DNA of 64,000 nt from Ophelia neglecta (GCA_965285935.1 OZ260663.1:104966001-105030000), one strand, 5' to 3'. Positions 36,465-50,428 are shown, counted from the stretch's first letter. Notes: generated by a model from the letters alone, not told the origin. Translations and numbers: made by a program.

Positions 36465-39400
36465 CTGGAGTTTCCGATGCTGTTGAATGGAGTGGTCTTC
36501 ATTGAAGAGTTTGTTTTTTCTGCCGAGTATCCACTCCCGCCCTTTCTCCTGTTTCCTGCTATATTCGAAACACACTGGCGAATAAGTAGTCAATGCATAA
36601 GAGGGTTACAACGATGATGTGGAATAGCTGTCCCTGAATATTGAAACCCTAAACATGCTGAACCAGAAAAAAAAATCCTATCCTGTATATTCGTTGTTCA
36701 CGTCTTATTTAGTCGTCGTGTATTTGTTAATGGCGTGTATACGGCAATAATACAGTGTTCGGCCCATTCGCAGCCTTTAGAGGTTTTATTCTTTCAAAGA
36801 CACATAAACTTCATTATTTTACCACTTTAAGAAGTCCCAGTACCGCCATTGGAGTAAACCGTAATTTTAATGATTTATCCTGTCTTAAGGAGGCTTGGAA
36901 ATCGACGCCACTAAGACTAACATGGGTTATCAACTTATACCCCGGATGACCGTGTTTCATTTTTGTAATACCCGCCGACATGAAAATGTAAACCTATCCT
37001 GAAAATAAACTGGTCTAGTCACTCGCTATTGTCTTCTGTGGGTGTTGGCCAATTAGACTGTGGTACACAACTGTTGCTAAAAACCAATCCTCAACAAATG
37101 GCTTGTAGACAAAGAGGTGCCACGGAAAAAAATTCGCTGAAGACGGTGAATTAGTCTGTGTTTATTTTCGGGCATGGTGCAGGTCCATACAGGTGTATGT
37201 AAATCATGATTCCGTGTTTCTGGCACAAACAAAAACTATCGTTCTTCAAGCTATATTTATGTATCAAGCACCTAATAGCATTATATTTCAAAGTGTCGTC
37301 ATACACTTAAAATAAATAAATACGATGCTAATGTTTTTTTAGACTGAAGTATGACTTTCATATGAAGGGCATTTGTCATTTTTCTATTCGCATGAGATTT
37401 ATCTCTTTTCAATTTAAAATACGGTAGTGTGTATTTTGATATATTACCATTTTGAAATGCAATGACCATTTACCTCATTCATTATATTTTGCTTATCTAG
37501 TTTATCTGAACAATCAAATTCAAAATCAACGGGAACCATCAGCTGCAGGCCTTTGGGTTTTTTCTTTGCTATTTGTGAAAAAGAAATGTTATATTAAACA
37601 AACTTCAGGTTTGCAAGTCGATTTCTATGAATTATTCTTCCATTTGCATTGAACTTCACTCCTACTGCTGGTAATTTAAACAATTTAATTAAATGAGCAC
37701 AGTATATACCGATTTCAATTTCACTGATTAAAGCTGAGATCAAATCAATTTGCTCTATTCATCATCGGAGAAAGCCTCTTGTAACAAATGACAGATCAAT
37801 ATGATTAGCTCAAGTGAGTAGAGGTAGCATAGATCCATTATACTTATTGATTCAAATGATCACCTTTCATTCTTGTTAACATGACAGCTGGACAAAACAG
37901 GCGGGCGTGTATTCCCGACAGACAAAGAACACTCGTCCAGAAGTTAGTCCATATGTCCGACGTGATCCGACAGAGTCGAAATATACCCTTGAAAAGTGCG
38001 CTAGTCCTAGTGAGAATTTTAAGACAGCACACAATTAAAAGAGGTACCAGTGTGCATAATTTAAATCTGGTACAAAATTGCAGATAAATGACACAAATCA
38101 TAGCCATTAAAGTGGGCCTGAATCCCCCATGTTTGGTTGAGGGGTTAGGGTCAAGGATGGAATGGCTCAATTATGTTTTAGCAAAAATAAAGCATAACCG
38201 AGACACAACACCAAATTCTAAATTAAATGGGTCGAATGTGTCTCTTGTTTTTACCTCATTTTAAATTGTCTCTGTTTTTGGGTTAGTTGTTGAACTAAGC
38301 CTACCATTCGGACATAGACCTTCATTCGATCAATTGATTTTAGGCTTTTGAGTGAAAATATCTAGCCACATGGCGAAGGCAAACCACATCCGTTCTCACC
38401 TTTATTTTGACATTTGCTAATGAATGCATTGAATGAAAACTTCCAAATCATGCTCACGGTGGTTTAGGGATTCATTGGGCTGTACGAAGGTCACCCGTCA
38501 AAAGTCAGAAATCGATGCAGCTTTTTACGAGTAACACTAGTTGGCTTGAACAGATAATTTGCAATCGCCTACGAAAAATCAATACAATCGATCAAAATTA
38601 TGCCCAGAACTCTTAACATGTCTTTGGCCGACATAGGAGCATTGAGAATTGATACTTTTATTGATTAATTAACTAAAATACGAATTCGGAGCTGAAGGAA
38701 CGTTTCCGAATAAATGGTCAGGTGTCGGATTGTACTAAGCAAATGAAATTAGCTCTATGAAGGCAAACAATGAAATGTTTTCATCAAGGGCAGCTAATCA
38801 CTAATTTACATCATCGATTTCAGTCAACACAATACTCTTGAGTGTAAAACTTTGCGGTGTCACTAGCATCGTGATAAGCTGGAAATTATTTAAGTTTCAG
38901 AAATCTTATATTTTATAAGTCATTGACATGATCATATTGTTTTGGAATACCAGATAAGGCCTAATAAGGGAAACTGGCTTTTTATCTCTTCCATGTGACA
39001 AATAAAACTGTGCAGTTTATGTGTCAATAATCACAGAGTTTAACTCCCAGCAATTTATTCTACCCGGGGGGATAGAGTCAGAGTATAATGTAAACTTGTC
39101 GAAAGCCAATGTAGTTCACATATATTGATACCCAAGCCATGCCAATATAAGATTAATACAGTTATATTTGATTGACAGCATGGTTATCTTTATTATGGCC
39201 GGTATGAATGGTGTAACCGCTTCATCAAATCATATGTTCACAACATTTGTCAGGTGGCATGTTTGACATTATATTGTATTTAGACTTAATTGTACATAAT
39301 TGCCATTTCAAATGTGGTCCTTTCATTAAAATCATACTAAGCAATTTAATTAGTAAAATTAATCGAATGAAGGTCAATTTTGAATGACAAACGCATATTG

Positions 39401-40195
39401 AACTGTCTTGCTCATGTTCATTGTCGTAAATGGATAGGCCTATAGCTATAATCGGATAATGAGTCATTTCAGAGCAGTACGAATTTTGCTTGACCTTAGT
39501 CCCGAATGAGAAAAATAAGCTGCTTAATTAATCAAGGAAGCATCACACATTGAATAATTTTCGTGCCTATAAAGATAATAACTCGGTCAAGAAAAGAATA
39601 TAATATATACTGTCCAAGATTGTTCCATTTTGTTTCCCAAAATTAGCGTTTCTGCTTTGCTTTCCTCCTCAGGTGTTTATATATTTGCTGTTATCGATGG
39701 ATTTATCATTTACATTTTTGTACACTCGTTTGAGAATATGCAATGTAATCAGATATCACGATATAAATGAACTTTAAAAATAAAAATACCACAGTCACCA
39801 TTGGCTACTACAATAATCCATAAACTGTTGCTTATGAATAAATTCGACAATCTGTAGACATTCAAACGTTTCATCTGAACGACTGATAAAGGCCAGAAGA
39901 AATGCATGAACCAATTAATTGCTGTTTTAAAGCCCTTAATGACGTCCCGGCATATTTTAATTGCCTGTTTTATCAAATTACCTAAGATTAGGGATGAACC
40001 ATGTCTGATGAGATACCACACTGACAACCCTTCCTTCAATATTTCTGGGAAAGTTTGACACGATAAAATCAACCAGCCTTTGTATCAATATATGATTATT
40101 TTCATAACAGTTGCTGGCTAATATGAAACGAGAATATTGATTGTTAAACCAGATTCAATCAATAGTACACAATGCCAGAAACGGGCAGACCTCTG

Positions 40196-41480
40196 CTTAT
40201 TAGAGTGAGAGGCATATCTCCACACATTGAATTAGCTAGGTAAACACAGCAACGATGAACAAGCCGCTTCTTTAAACACTTCCCGGGTTTTATAACAGTA
40301 TCGAAAGATGAACGGTAAACACTGTCGAGTTGCACATCAAACAATTACACCCTGCTGAACAGTGCCGTATGATTACTACAACCTGTATCAACTGAAGTAA
40401 TACACACAAGGCAAACACGCGGCTAATTTATAAGCACATTATGTCAATGATACTGAACACCCTGGCAGAAGGAGGTATTTCCTGAAACATTAAATTTTTG
40501 ATTTATTTGCGTTAGTCAAGTTTTTTCCATGCCACTATATTTCGGATAGTAACATATAAGTTAAAAAAATCACGCATTTTCGCATTCATTATTGTGTCAG
40601 GCAAATAGACACGTTTTACTAGTCACTATCACATTTGTAATGGTCGATGCTTGAAATAAATAAACAGACTAACTGAGTTTAAACACAATGACCTCCTTTT
40701 TTGTGTCCCGGTGTAATAAGACATGCATTAAATTCAGTTCCATATTGCCTTTGTTTGCGCCAATAGACACAGACAAATCATTTTAACTTTCAAATGGAGG
40801 TTTCTATGCATTTCTTCACTTAACATTAACAATATATGTAAGTGTGGTCATTTCTCCACTCGTTTAAATTTCAAACTCACTGAAACTAAATGATGCGATT
40901 TTTGCCTCGAAGCTATATTATATGACTAAAAAACATGGAAATATTTTACTAATTACTTTTATCGTGAACTGAGCAATAAAAATGTCAGTTAAAATGTTGA
41001 CTTTTTCCTGGTTGTAGGGAGAGAGAGGTGATTGTGGGAAGAAAAAAAAAGGGGGGGGGGCTGCAACTAGCAAACAAGCTTCCAGAATCCATTGACTTTT
41101 CAAATTAATTGTACTCCGACTAATATCCCAGAGAGTGTAATCATGTAATGCATCCCACTTTGTGTGTCAGAGAACGAGCTTCAGCCTGATCTAGGGGGCA
41201 GTTCAAACAGTCGACGGCGCCGCTCACATCCGGCGTTAATTACATCGTATTTGCTCGATTCTGAAACAACCGCCTGACTATACTGTGCTGACTATCACTG
41301 CCCTGGATACGCTCACCAGATCAAGAGGTGAAACATCATTGAGCCACTAAGAAAACACGGGTAAATGAGAACATTTATCATCTTTGGACTATAATACTCT
41401 CATTACATGCTGATGTTTTATTCATGAAGAGGTTTTGAATGGTAGCTCACAGACTGAAGGCAATTAATACCTGGTTGCGA
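40196..41480 (+). repeat. Old non-coding homology to intron 4 (20109-~20990) and to 59500-59660
   Basis: Exact shared words ACACATTGAATTAGCT, CACATCAAACAATTA, GAGAGTGTAAT and ACATCGTATT in collinear order. Confidence 0.7.
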
Positions 41481-44387
41481 GACGGAGTTGTTGATTAAGC
41501 CGTATATCCAACGCAGGATCATTCATAGGAACGTAAACCATCAAGTGATAAAACAGTTCATTAGTGAAAATTACCTCTAGCGCAATGGTTATTATGCAAG
41601 GTGATTTAGCGAATCTAACCTCAATCATTATCCCTCGTAATCATGTTACTTAACAAGGCTGTGGGTTCAATGTGTTCATCTCAAGCTAATGTTATGGTGG
41701 TTGGCATGCTTTCTATATTCAAGCTATGGTAAAGTGTGTTTCGTTTTAAGCAAGAAGACTGGACATAAAAACACCTCAACGCAAAGCGCGAGACACAAAG
41801 CGTGTTCATATGTAACGCAGAATACATCGTTTCTCAGCAGGATTTTGCGCTATTGAAATGCAGGAGTGTTGGACACCAATCTTGTGAAAGTTAAAGCACT
41901 GATTATGTCCTTTAATCCTCGTTTGTTCATCGACCCCCCCCCCCCCCCGACCCCCTTCCCCACATCACTCCTTTTTATAGCAGAGCCGGCGTTTGGGGAA
42001 TCAGAGCCAAACTACAAATTTAGTTTGTCATTAAGGCCTAATGTTATAAACGTGTCACAAATTGCTTTATTAGGTTTTGGAGCAGGTCGCTTTTAGGTGT
42101 TAAGGGCACTTCTCAAAGGAATTAAATGTCTGCCCAAACGTGATAATTATTGTGGCCCGATTTCAGTTCACACACCGGCAACCGTAAAAAGCAATATATT
42201 GAATGTTGGTCAACTCTTCTTTTACATGATGAAGTAGTTATTCTCTATTCTATGATGGTGTGAAACTCGCAGATCATTGATTAAATACACAGACGATAAG
42301 TGGCGAACTTAGGCTTTACATTAACATATAGTTGATGTGCTTGATCATTAGAGGCGCTCGTAGGGAAGTATCCACAAAAGATTGAAACTATGCAAATTCC
42401 AAAGACAGTGAAACAGCCAGTATAATCATTTTCTATGGATCTCTGAATGATCAACATATTTCTTTTACCAAGATAATCAAGACCATACGTGTAGTATACA
42501 TTGGACGTATAAATCTCTTGGTGCACGTTCTTGTCATTCAGGTATTTTCCAACAGATCGGCATCATAAAATTCGATTAACTAAATTGCCTCAACATATAT
42601 ATGGTTTGGCCATTCCAGCTAATAGGCTCGTTATCGCAGCCAGATTAACCTCTTCCAAAATGTTAAGTAAGTTTGTGTCCTGATTGCTGCAGCCTCGGGC
42701 TAGGTTTACACTTGGTGTATGAGAGAAGCACATCATACCCATGGTACACCACGGGGTCTATTTAGGGCCCAGTAACTAAAATAGAGCGACTTTATTCTTA
42801 TACCCTTGTGTCTCGGTACTTTTTTGTTTCTTTAGACATATCAACCGAAAACCAATTTATTATTTTTTACTTTGTCTTGCTCTGTGGGTCTCATTATTTT
42901 AACATGTAAATCCAATCGCTGCGTGAACCTAGTACTTCAGTCCAAATTGTACATGAACACTTTGCGATGCATTTTATATGGGCACATGCTAACCGTAATA
43001 TACATGGAAACTTTGAGGATGCAGTGTACATAACCCCTGTAAGATATACGGTATTTCATACCCGGCAGACCCAAAAAAATCGTTCATCGTAAACTGTCCA
43101 TTAAATGCGAATTAAAAGCGGTCGCAACCTAACAGTTCATTAGATTGATATCATTTGCAATGCGAAGTATTTTCTAAACAAAAGAGCCCGTAGCAGGACG
43201 ATGAAAAAATGCCCTAGAGGATTCTACTATAGACTTAGCTGTCACATACATTTGAAGCTATACGTTAAATAACCCAACCGAAGGATGTACAAGGGACATG
43301 GTAACCTTGATGGTGCAGTCATTAGGTATTCGATTTTACACAGCAGATAGAATAATGTCGTTGTATCATCAGCAAACGAGGAATCCACATTTAACCTTTT
43401 TTTTCTCCTTCTTCTACTTACCCCATGAGTTTTGCATACACATCTCCAAAGGCTTTTACCAATAGGCGGAGGTAGAGAAGGCGTATTTTTTATTTTTGTG
43501 TCAGTATGCTTATTACCCCTTTGACTTCCTTCTAGGTTCCTAGAACTATGAAATCGATCATGCAAAATTAAGCTAATGCTCAAATATAAAGGTATATTAG
43601 CAAACGGAATTTGCACCCTATTTTTATACACAAAATATTTCACAAGTATGGTGTTCATTATAGTTTGTTTAATTTTACTGTACAACTACAGATAAAAAGG
43701 TGTCAAAGGACATTATCTGTTGCCCTAGGAAGGGTTCAAATGTCTAGCAGAAAATGTAACATTAAATAAGACACGTAACATTGAGTATTTATTTTTACCA
43801 AGAGGTTCATATTTTATACCCTTCTCGCGTTCCAGGGCAACAAAACAATGACAAGCTAGTTACGGGAATGAAAGCACTTGAGATGCCCTTAGGGCAGTTT
43901 ATGCGAAGGTGAATAGGAAGTGTTTGGGTCCACTTTATGTGCCTGATAGCTGAAATGTCAATAACCCGGATTTGTCTGAGTGTTCTGGTAGACAATGTGT
44001 CTGACGACCAAGGATCTGTAGACATTAAAAGAAAAATAGGGGAATACATAGACTTAGTGTGCAGCCATGTGTTTTCATTACATGTAAATTACCCCCAAGC
44101 CTTTTCTCAATTCTGTTTGAGCTTAGAGGGTCTTTGTGCGCAGTTGTAGCTGACATTAACTGTTTGTTAAGCCTTGAAGAGGTGATAAATTATTCATAAC
44201 GCGAAGCTCCTGGGTTATCAGTTCGAATATCTCTTGGGACTTCCCGCTGAAAATGCTTTTTTTTATTAACATCTGTGTTTGGTACTCGTGAGTTCCAAGA
44301 GCAATATTTACTTCAGCGTTTATAAAGGTTTTAAATAAAGCTTACTAACTAAAAAAAGGAAGGGGACAGCTAAAGTCGGTGTCGATG

Positions 44388-44508
44388 ACATGGTAAACCT
44401 GGTGGACATAGTTCAAAGGATAAAGGTAAACGTGGAAAAAGTGGTAAACTAGGTAAACGTGGTAATCGTGGTAAACCTGGTAATCATGGTAAACGTGGGA
44501 AACATAGT
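44388..44508 (+). repeat. 9-bp minisatellite (GGTAAACRT)n, left part
   Basis: Degenerate TGGTAAACG/CATGGTAAA units, interrupted by the BEL insertion. Confidence 0.85.
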
Positions 44509-45082
44509 TGTTGGGAAAATACCAGGAATTTGTTAATTTTGGATTATGGCTCTCTATTGTGTATTGGGAAATTATTGTTGGTGTTTAACAGACTGAATAT
44601 TATTATTCCAGTATTAAAATTAAGGTAATTGTACATGTATATAGATACAAAGCTCTAGATAGTAGCTATTCTGTACATGTAGGAAGGATGACGAGCTAAG
44701 TGAGTAGTACGGTATATAGTCTCGGTAATTTTCATATTGTACTTGGTACAAGGTTTTCTGAAGGTGCAATCTGTCACGTCATTTGAACAGCACATCTTTC
44801 AAGGAAAGCTAGCGGTCAGTCGTAAATGTCAGGACAAAGAGAGTTGTATACATATCAGAAATAGTGGGAACACGCTTTAGGTATGTCAACTAAAGAAGTA
44901 TTTATAGCCCTGTAGCTCAAACCAATTACAAAAGGTAGAATTCAGTGGTATTTATAGTAGTGAGCGATAATAGAGTGTGTTAACCATACGAGTATACAGG
45001 TGTTCAGTGTGTAAATTGTATCTTTGTTAAATTGCAGAATAAATATTACAAGCCCCACTGAAGAGTTGAATTATCTGAAACA
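44509..45082 (+). repeat. 5' LTR
   Basis: Identical by eye to 50577-51150. Contains an Inr-like TCAGTC (44816), AATAAA (45038) and a predicted GT-AG intron at 44881-45037. Confidence 0.96.
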
Positions 45083-45103
45083 ACTTCTAAAGCGTCCTTA
45101 AGC

Positions 45104-48100
45104 ATGGAAGATAAAGACCCAGAAACAGCCGCTGAGCAAGGGTTCAGAAATAGAAGAAAACAACTTAGAGCCAGAATTACAAGGACAGTCAATCGTCTGA
45201 AGCAGTCAATACAGAGCAAGCAAGCTAGGGAGAAAGACATTTCCAGGGACTGACAACAGATTAAGAGAGACTATGAAAATGCATTAGATGTTCATTCTGA
45301 AATCTATAACTTTGTAGAAGATGAAGGTGAGATTAAGACTCTCGATGAATGGGAGGCTGATTTAACCCAGCTGATGTATGCAATAGAAGATGTAGTTGAA
45401 CAGTTCTTATCTGATAATCAACCTCAAACCCAGGATGAAGATGTCAACCCTAGAACAACACCAAAGGCCATCCCCCCAACCATGATGGATGTGGCTGCCA
45501 ATAGGCCGGACTCCCCTGATCGTCAGTCAGATGACACATCAGATGGTACCCAGAGCAGTATGACCAGTCGAGACTCATTTGATCGTTGGATCGATGATCT
45601 AACTGAATTCTCAGAGACAGTGTTTTGTAAAACTCTGGAACAAATGACTCTAACAGAGGTATTATATAGGTTAGAAAGTGGTAGAGATGTGCCACAGGTA
45701 CAAATTGATAAATTTAATGGTGACCCTCTATCCTATATTACATTTGTGGAAAGGTTTAAGTTACAGGTTCACGACAAAATCTATTTAACAGATGATAACA
45801 GAATGTTGCAACTAAAGAGTCTCCTAACAGGGGAGGCTGAGAAGTCTATTGCAGGTTTATCTTGTGAAGGTATTATGTATGCCACAGCTTTGAAAACCTT
45901 GAAGGCTCAATTTGGGCAACCTAGTGCTATAGCAAGGGCATATATTAACAAGTTAACAAACAGGGCCAGAATAGGACCAGATGAGAAAAATTTACTGAGA
46001 GACTTTAGTCTAGATTTAACAAATGCTTGTGCAGCACTTAAAAGAATTGACTATATGGCAGACATCAATGCCAATGAGACACTCAGGAGAATTGTGAAAA
46101 GGCTCCCAGATAATCTCATGGACAGGTGGAAGGTCAGAGTGATTGAAATCAGAGAAAAAGATGAGATTCCAAATATAGAGCACATCAATAGTTTCCTGAA
46201 GAAAAGAGTTAAGGCATTATTTGATCCAGATTTTGGGGACCTAAGTAGTACTTCAGACAGAAAGAAAAAACCATTAGGAGCAGTAGATCAGAACTTACCC
46301 AAACAGAGAGAGAGAAAAGTAATCAAGTGCTATATCTGTCAAAATAATCACAGAGTGAATGAGTGTCCTATCTTTCTGAGCCTTACACCAGAAGCTAGAG
46401 TGGAGAAAGCAAAGGAACTGTTTTTATGTTTTTCCTGTTTGAACAAAGGCCATGGCATCCAGACTTGTAGAATTAGGAAAAGGTGTACAAAATGTATTAG
46501 AACACATCATCCCCTGATACATATTGAAACAAGGTTACAGAATACAGAAACTCAGGCAAATTTTACAAATTCCCAAAGTAGTGATTTACAGTCTACCCTC
46601 AATCAAAATCCAGTGAGGCCCTTGACCTATACAGGACATGATCAGAGTGAAGCCATGTTGCCAGTGATCAGAGTAATATTTAAGGCAAAAAATGGCCAAA
46701 TGAGAGAAGGAAATGTCTTGATAGATAGTGGGGCAGGGATAACCATTATCAGAAAACAGCTAGCAGAAGAGTTAGGTATGCAGGGTAAAAGGGAAAACCT
46801 GAGTTTGACAGTAGTCGGCGGTGATGTATTCCATCAGGCAGGAAGCAGGCGGGTCAAGTTCTCAATTCTACCCATTGATGGTACAGAAGAGTTTAATCTG
46901 GAAGCCAATGAAGTGCCTCAGACTATTATGAGCACTAAACCATTAAATCTGGAATGGATCCACTCGTTCCCCCACATAGCAGATATCAATGTCACCCAGA
47001 GAGAAGGTCCCATTGATTTGATCTTAGGTGTGCAATACACCCACTTGCATGCTGAGCTAGAGATTAGGCAAGGCAAACCTTTTGACCCAGTTGCCAAAAG
47101 AACAAGACTAGGCTGGTTTATAATAGGAGGGGAAACAGCAAATTTGCCACCCTCAGGTCAAATATGTTTTGTTGAGAGAAGTGACATTGACTTTGAGAGG
47201 TTTTATGAGTTTGAGTCTCTGGGCATTCAGGCTCCACAGTGTAAATGTACCGCTGATCAGCCAGTGTTATCCTCAGAGAATAGGGAGGCTATGAGTCTAA
47301 TGGAGAAGTCCTGTCAAAAGAAAGAAAACAGGTATGAGATAGGATTACCGTGGAAAGGAAATCCAAGTGACTTACCAGATAGGTATGACATAGCCCTTAG
47401 GCGATTGGTCAGTTTAGAGAAGAAACTTCGAAAATGTCCAGACATGGAAAAATTGTATAGAAAGGCTATGAATGAATTGTTGGAAAATCAATGGTCAAAG
47501 GAAGTGAGTAAGACAGAGTTAGCAAATGAATACTTACCTGTTCATTACCTTCCGCATCAAGGAGTCTATAAACCCGAGAAAGAAACCACTCCACTGAGGG
47601 TGGTATTTGATCCTGCCATCCTGAACACTTACCTGTACAAAGGACCAGGGCTCCTGGGAAACTTACTCAGTATACTGTTAAGATTCAGAGAAAAACCAGT
47701 TGCCTTCACTGGAGATATTAGGAAGATGTATTTGCAAATTCTATTACCAGAGAGTGACACTCATGTACACAGGTACTTATGGAGAGATATGGAGGACAGG
47801 GAACCAACTGTATATAGGTTGTTGAGAGTTGCATTTGGAGATCGGCCATCGCCAGACATGGCAAACTTTGTCATGTTAAGATTAGCAGAGGAATACAAAC
47901 AAAAGTATCCGCAGGCCTCAGAAGTGGTAAAAAATGACAGGTACATGGATGACTTGATCCACTCATGTACAACTGCACAAGAGGCAGGTGCTAAAATGAA
48001 GGAAATAGAAACAATGTTGAGCAAGGGAAGTTTTCAGGTGAAAAAATGGCACTGTTCAGAAATTTCAAAGGCAGAAAAGGTGGCTATAAAAGAAGAAGGA

Positions 48101-50428
48101 AAGAGGATAGAGTTGGATTCTGAGGTTATAAAAACATTGGGTGTTGTTTGGAATTCACCAGAAGATTCTATTGAGTATAGAGTCTGTCTCACAGAAATGC
48201 ATCAAATGACAAAGAGAAATATTCTGTCCGCGATATCAAGAATATTTGATCCACTAGGATTGGCGTCTGTGGTCACAATTCGACCAAGAATCGCCTTACA
48301 AGGACTATGGAAAAGTGGTTATGATTGGGATCAAGAGTTACCAGAGGACCAATGTAAAGTATGGAGAGAAATGTTTGTTGAAATGGAGAGCTTGAACACC
48401 TTGAAATATCCCAGATTTCCTAAAGCAGGTGAAAATGGTGATGTTGAACTCCATATTTTCGCCGATGCCAGTGAAAAAGCCTATGGAGCTGTAGCCTACT
48501 TGTTGTGGCGTGAGGGGATGAAGTCAGAGTGTTCAATTGTGATAGCCAAAGCAAAGGTGGCTCCAGTAAAACAAACAACCATACCGAGATTGGAGTTGAT
48601 GGCTGCACTAGTGGCATCCAGAATGGCCAAAACAATCCAGGCTGAAATGAGAACCAATTTCCATAGAATTGTAGTATGGACAGATTCAAAAATTGTACTA
48701 TATTGGATCAGAGCTGACTCGGCTACACTGAAACCATTTGTAGGGGTCAGAATTGCGGAAATCCAGGAAAATAAAGGTGTTGAATGGAGACATGTTCCAT
48801 CAGACCTTAATCCGGCAGATGATTTGAGCAGAGGGCTGATACCAGAAGAAATCCCAGAGAGATGGTATAGTGGGCCAGCATTTTTGAGAGATACAGAAGA
48901 TATATGGCCAGAAACAATGATTAATGATAAATCAGACATGTCTCAGACAGAATTCAGAAGTCGCAATGTGCCAGTATATAGCATGACAACAGAAGAGAAC
49001 ACAATTAATTGTCAAAATTTCTCAAGCTGGAAGGTCTTGGTTAGAGTGACCGCATATGTGAACCGATTTATCAGTAACTGTAGAGCAAAGGTACAGAAGA
49101 GAGAAACTGAGAAAGGAGGTCTGCAACCAGAGGAGTTAAACAAAGCAGAAGAGTACTGGTTCAAGAAGGCACAAAAAGGGCTCACAAAAACCTATCCAGA
49201 ACTTACACCATTTGAGAGGGATGGAATTATAAGGGTCGGTGGACGACTCAGATACTCAACTTGCGATTATGATCAGATACATCCCATTCTGTTGCCTGCA
49301 GATCACCATGTATCCAAGCTTATTATGAGAGAAACCCATGTGGCTATAGGTCATGCAGCTCCAGAGAGAACTTTATCAGAAAATCGCCGGAGATTTTGGG
49401 TGATAAGAGGTAGAAATCTTGTGAAAGGCATTGTCAGAAGTTGTGCTATATGTAGGAAACTCAGACAGCAACCTCATAGTACCATCATGGGAAATCTACC
49501 TCCAGAAAGGATGAAGCTGTTTAGTCCGCCATTTTTTGTGACTGGAGTGGACCTATTTGGACCCTTCCAATTGAAGATACTTAGGAATAGGACAGTAAAG
49601 GCCTGGGGGGCACTATTTACTTGCGCCACAATGCGGGCTATACATTTGGAAATCGTAGAAGATTTGTCAACACAGAGTTTTCTCCTATCCCTTCGGCGTT
49701 TTGCATCCAATCATGGATGGCCTGAAACTTTCATATCGGACAATGGGAAGTCGTTTGTCGGAGCGCAAAAGGAGTTGAAAAAATTGTTCATTGAAGGGCA
49801 AAAGGAGATTCAGGATTTTATCCTTCTCCATAAAGTCCGTTGGATTTTCACCACTCCCCGTAGTCCTCATCAGGGAGGAATATATGAAAGCCTTATCAAA
49901 CAAACAAAAAATGCTCTGAAAATAGTAGCAGGAGGTCACAAGTTAACATGGAATGAGATGTCCACAATTTTTGCTGAAGTAAAGTGCTTGATAAATAGTA
50001 GACCATTGGGCTACACTTGTAATAATCCTAATGATCCACAACCAATAACACCCAATCATTTACTGTTTGGCAGGGCAAGTGCTGAGATACCTCAAGGTCA
50101 ATTTAGAGATGATGTTTGTGTTAGAAAAAGATTTGAGTTTGTTCAGAGTATAATCAATCAATTTTGGAAAAGGTTCATTCGGGAATATTTCCCCACACTG
50201 AACCGACGAGCCAAATGGTACCGGGAGAAACGACCAGTACAGGTCGGTGATGTGGTGTTAGTCACAGATGAGAATGTTCCACGAGGGCAGTGGCAGTTAG
50301 CCAGAATAGTGGAATTGTACCCTGGGAGAGATGGAGTCATTCGCAATGTTAAGGTTAAAACACAAACAGGGATGTATCAGAGGTCAATACAGAGGTTATG
50401 TCCAGTTGTCGAAAATGATAATATGTAA
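45104..50428 (+). CDS. gag-pol: BEL/Pao Gag-Pol polyprotein, interrupted by one in-frame TGA at 45251-45253 (open from 45374, 1684 aa)
   Basis: Gag KFNGDPLSY; three Cys/His knuckles (CYICQNNHRVNEC, CFSCLNKGHGIQTC, CTKCIRTHHPLIH); protease LIDSGA; RT YMDD; RNase H IFADASEKAYGAVAY and TIPRLELMAA; integrase HHCC plus GVDLFGP/SDNG/YESLIK. Upstream ATG at 45104 is in the same frame. Confidence 0.95.

Noticed and set aside
45450-50346. Short minus-strand ORFs inside gag-pol
   Set aside because: Antisense shadows of the long ORF with no domain signal; no env-like ORF between the stop and the 3' LTR.
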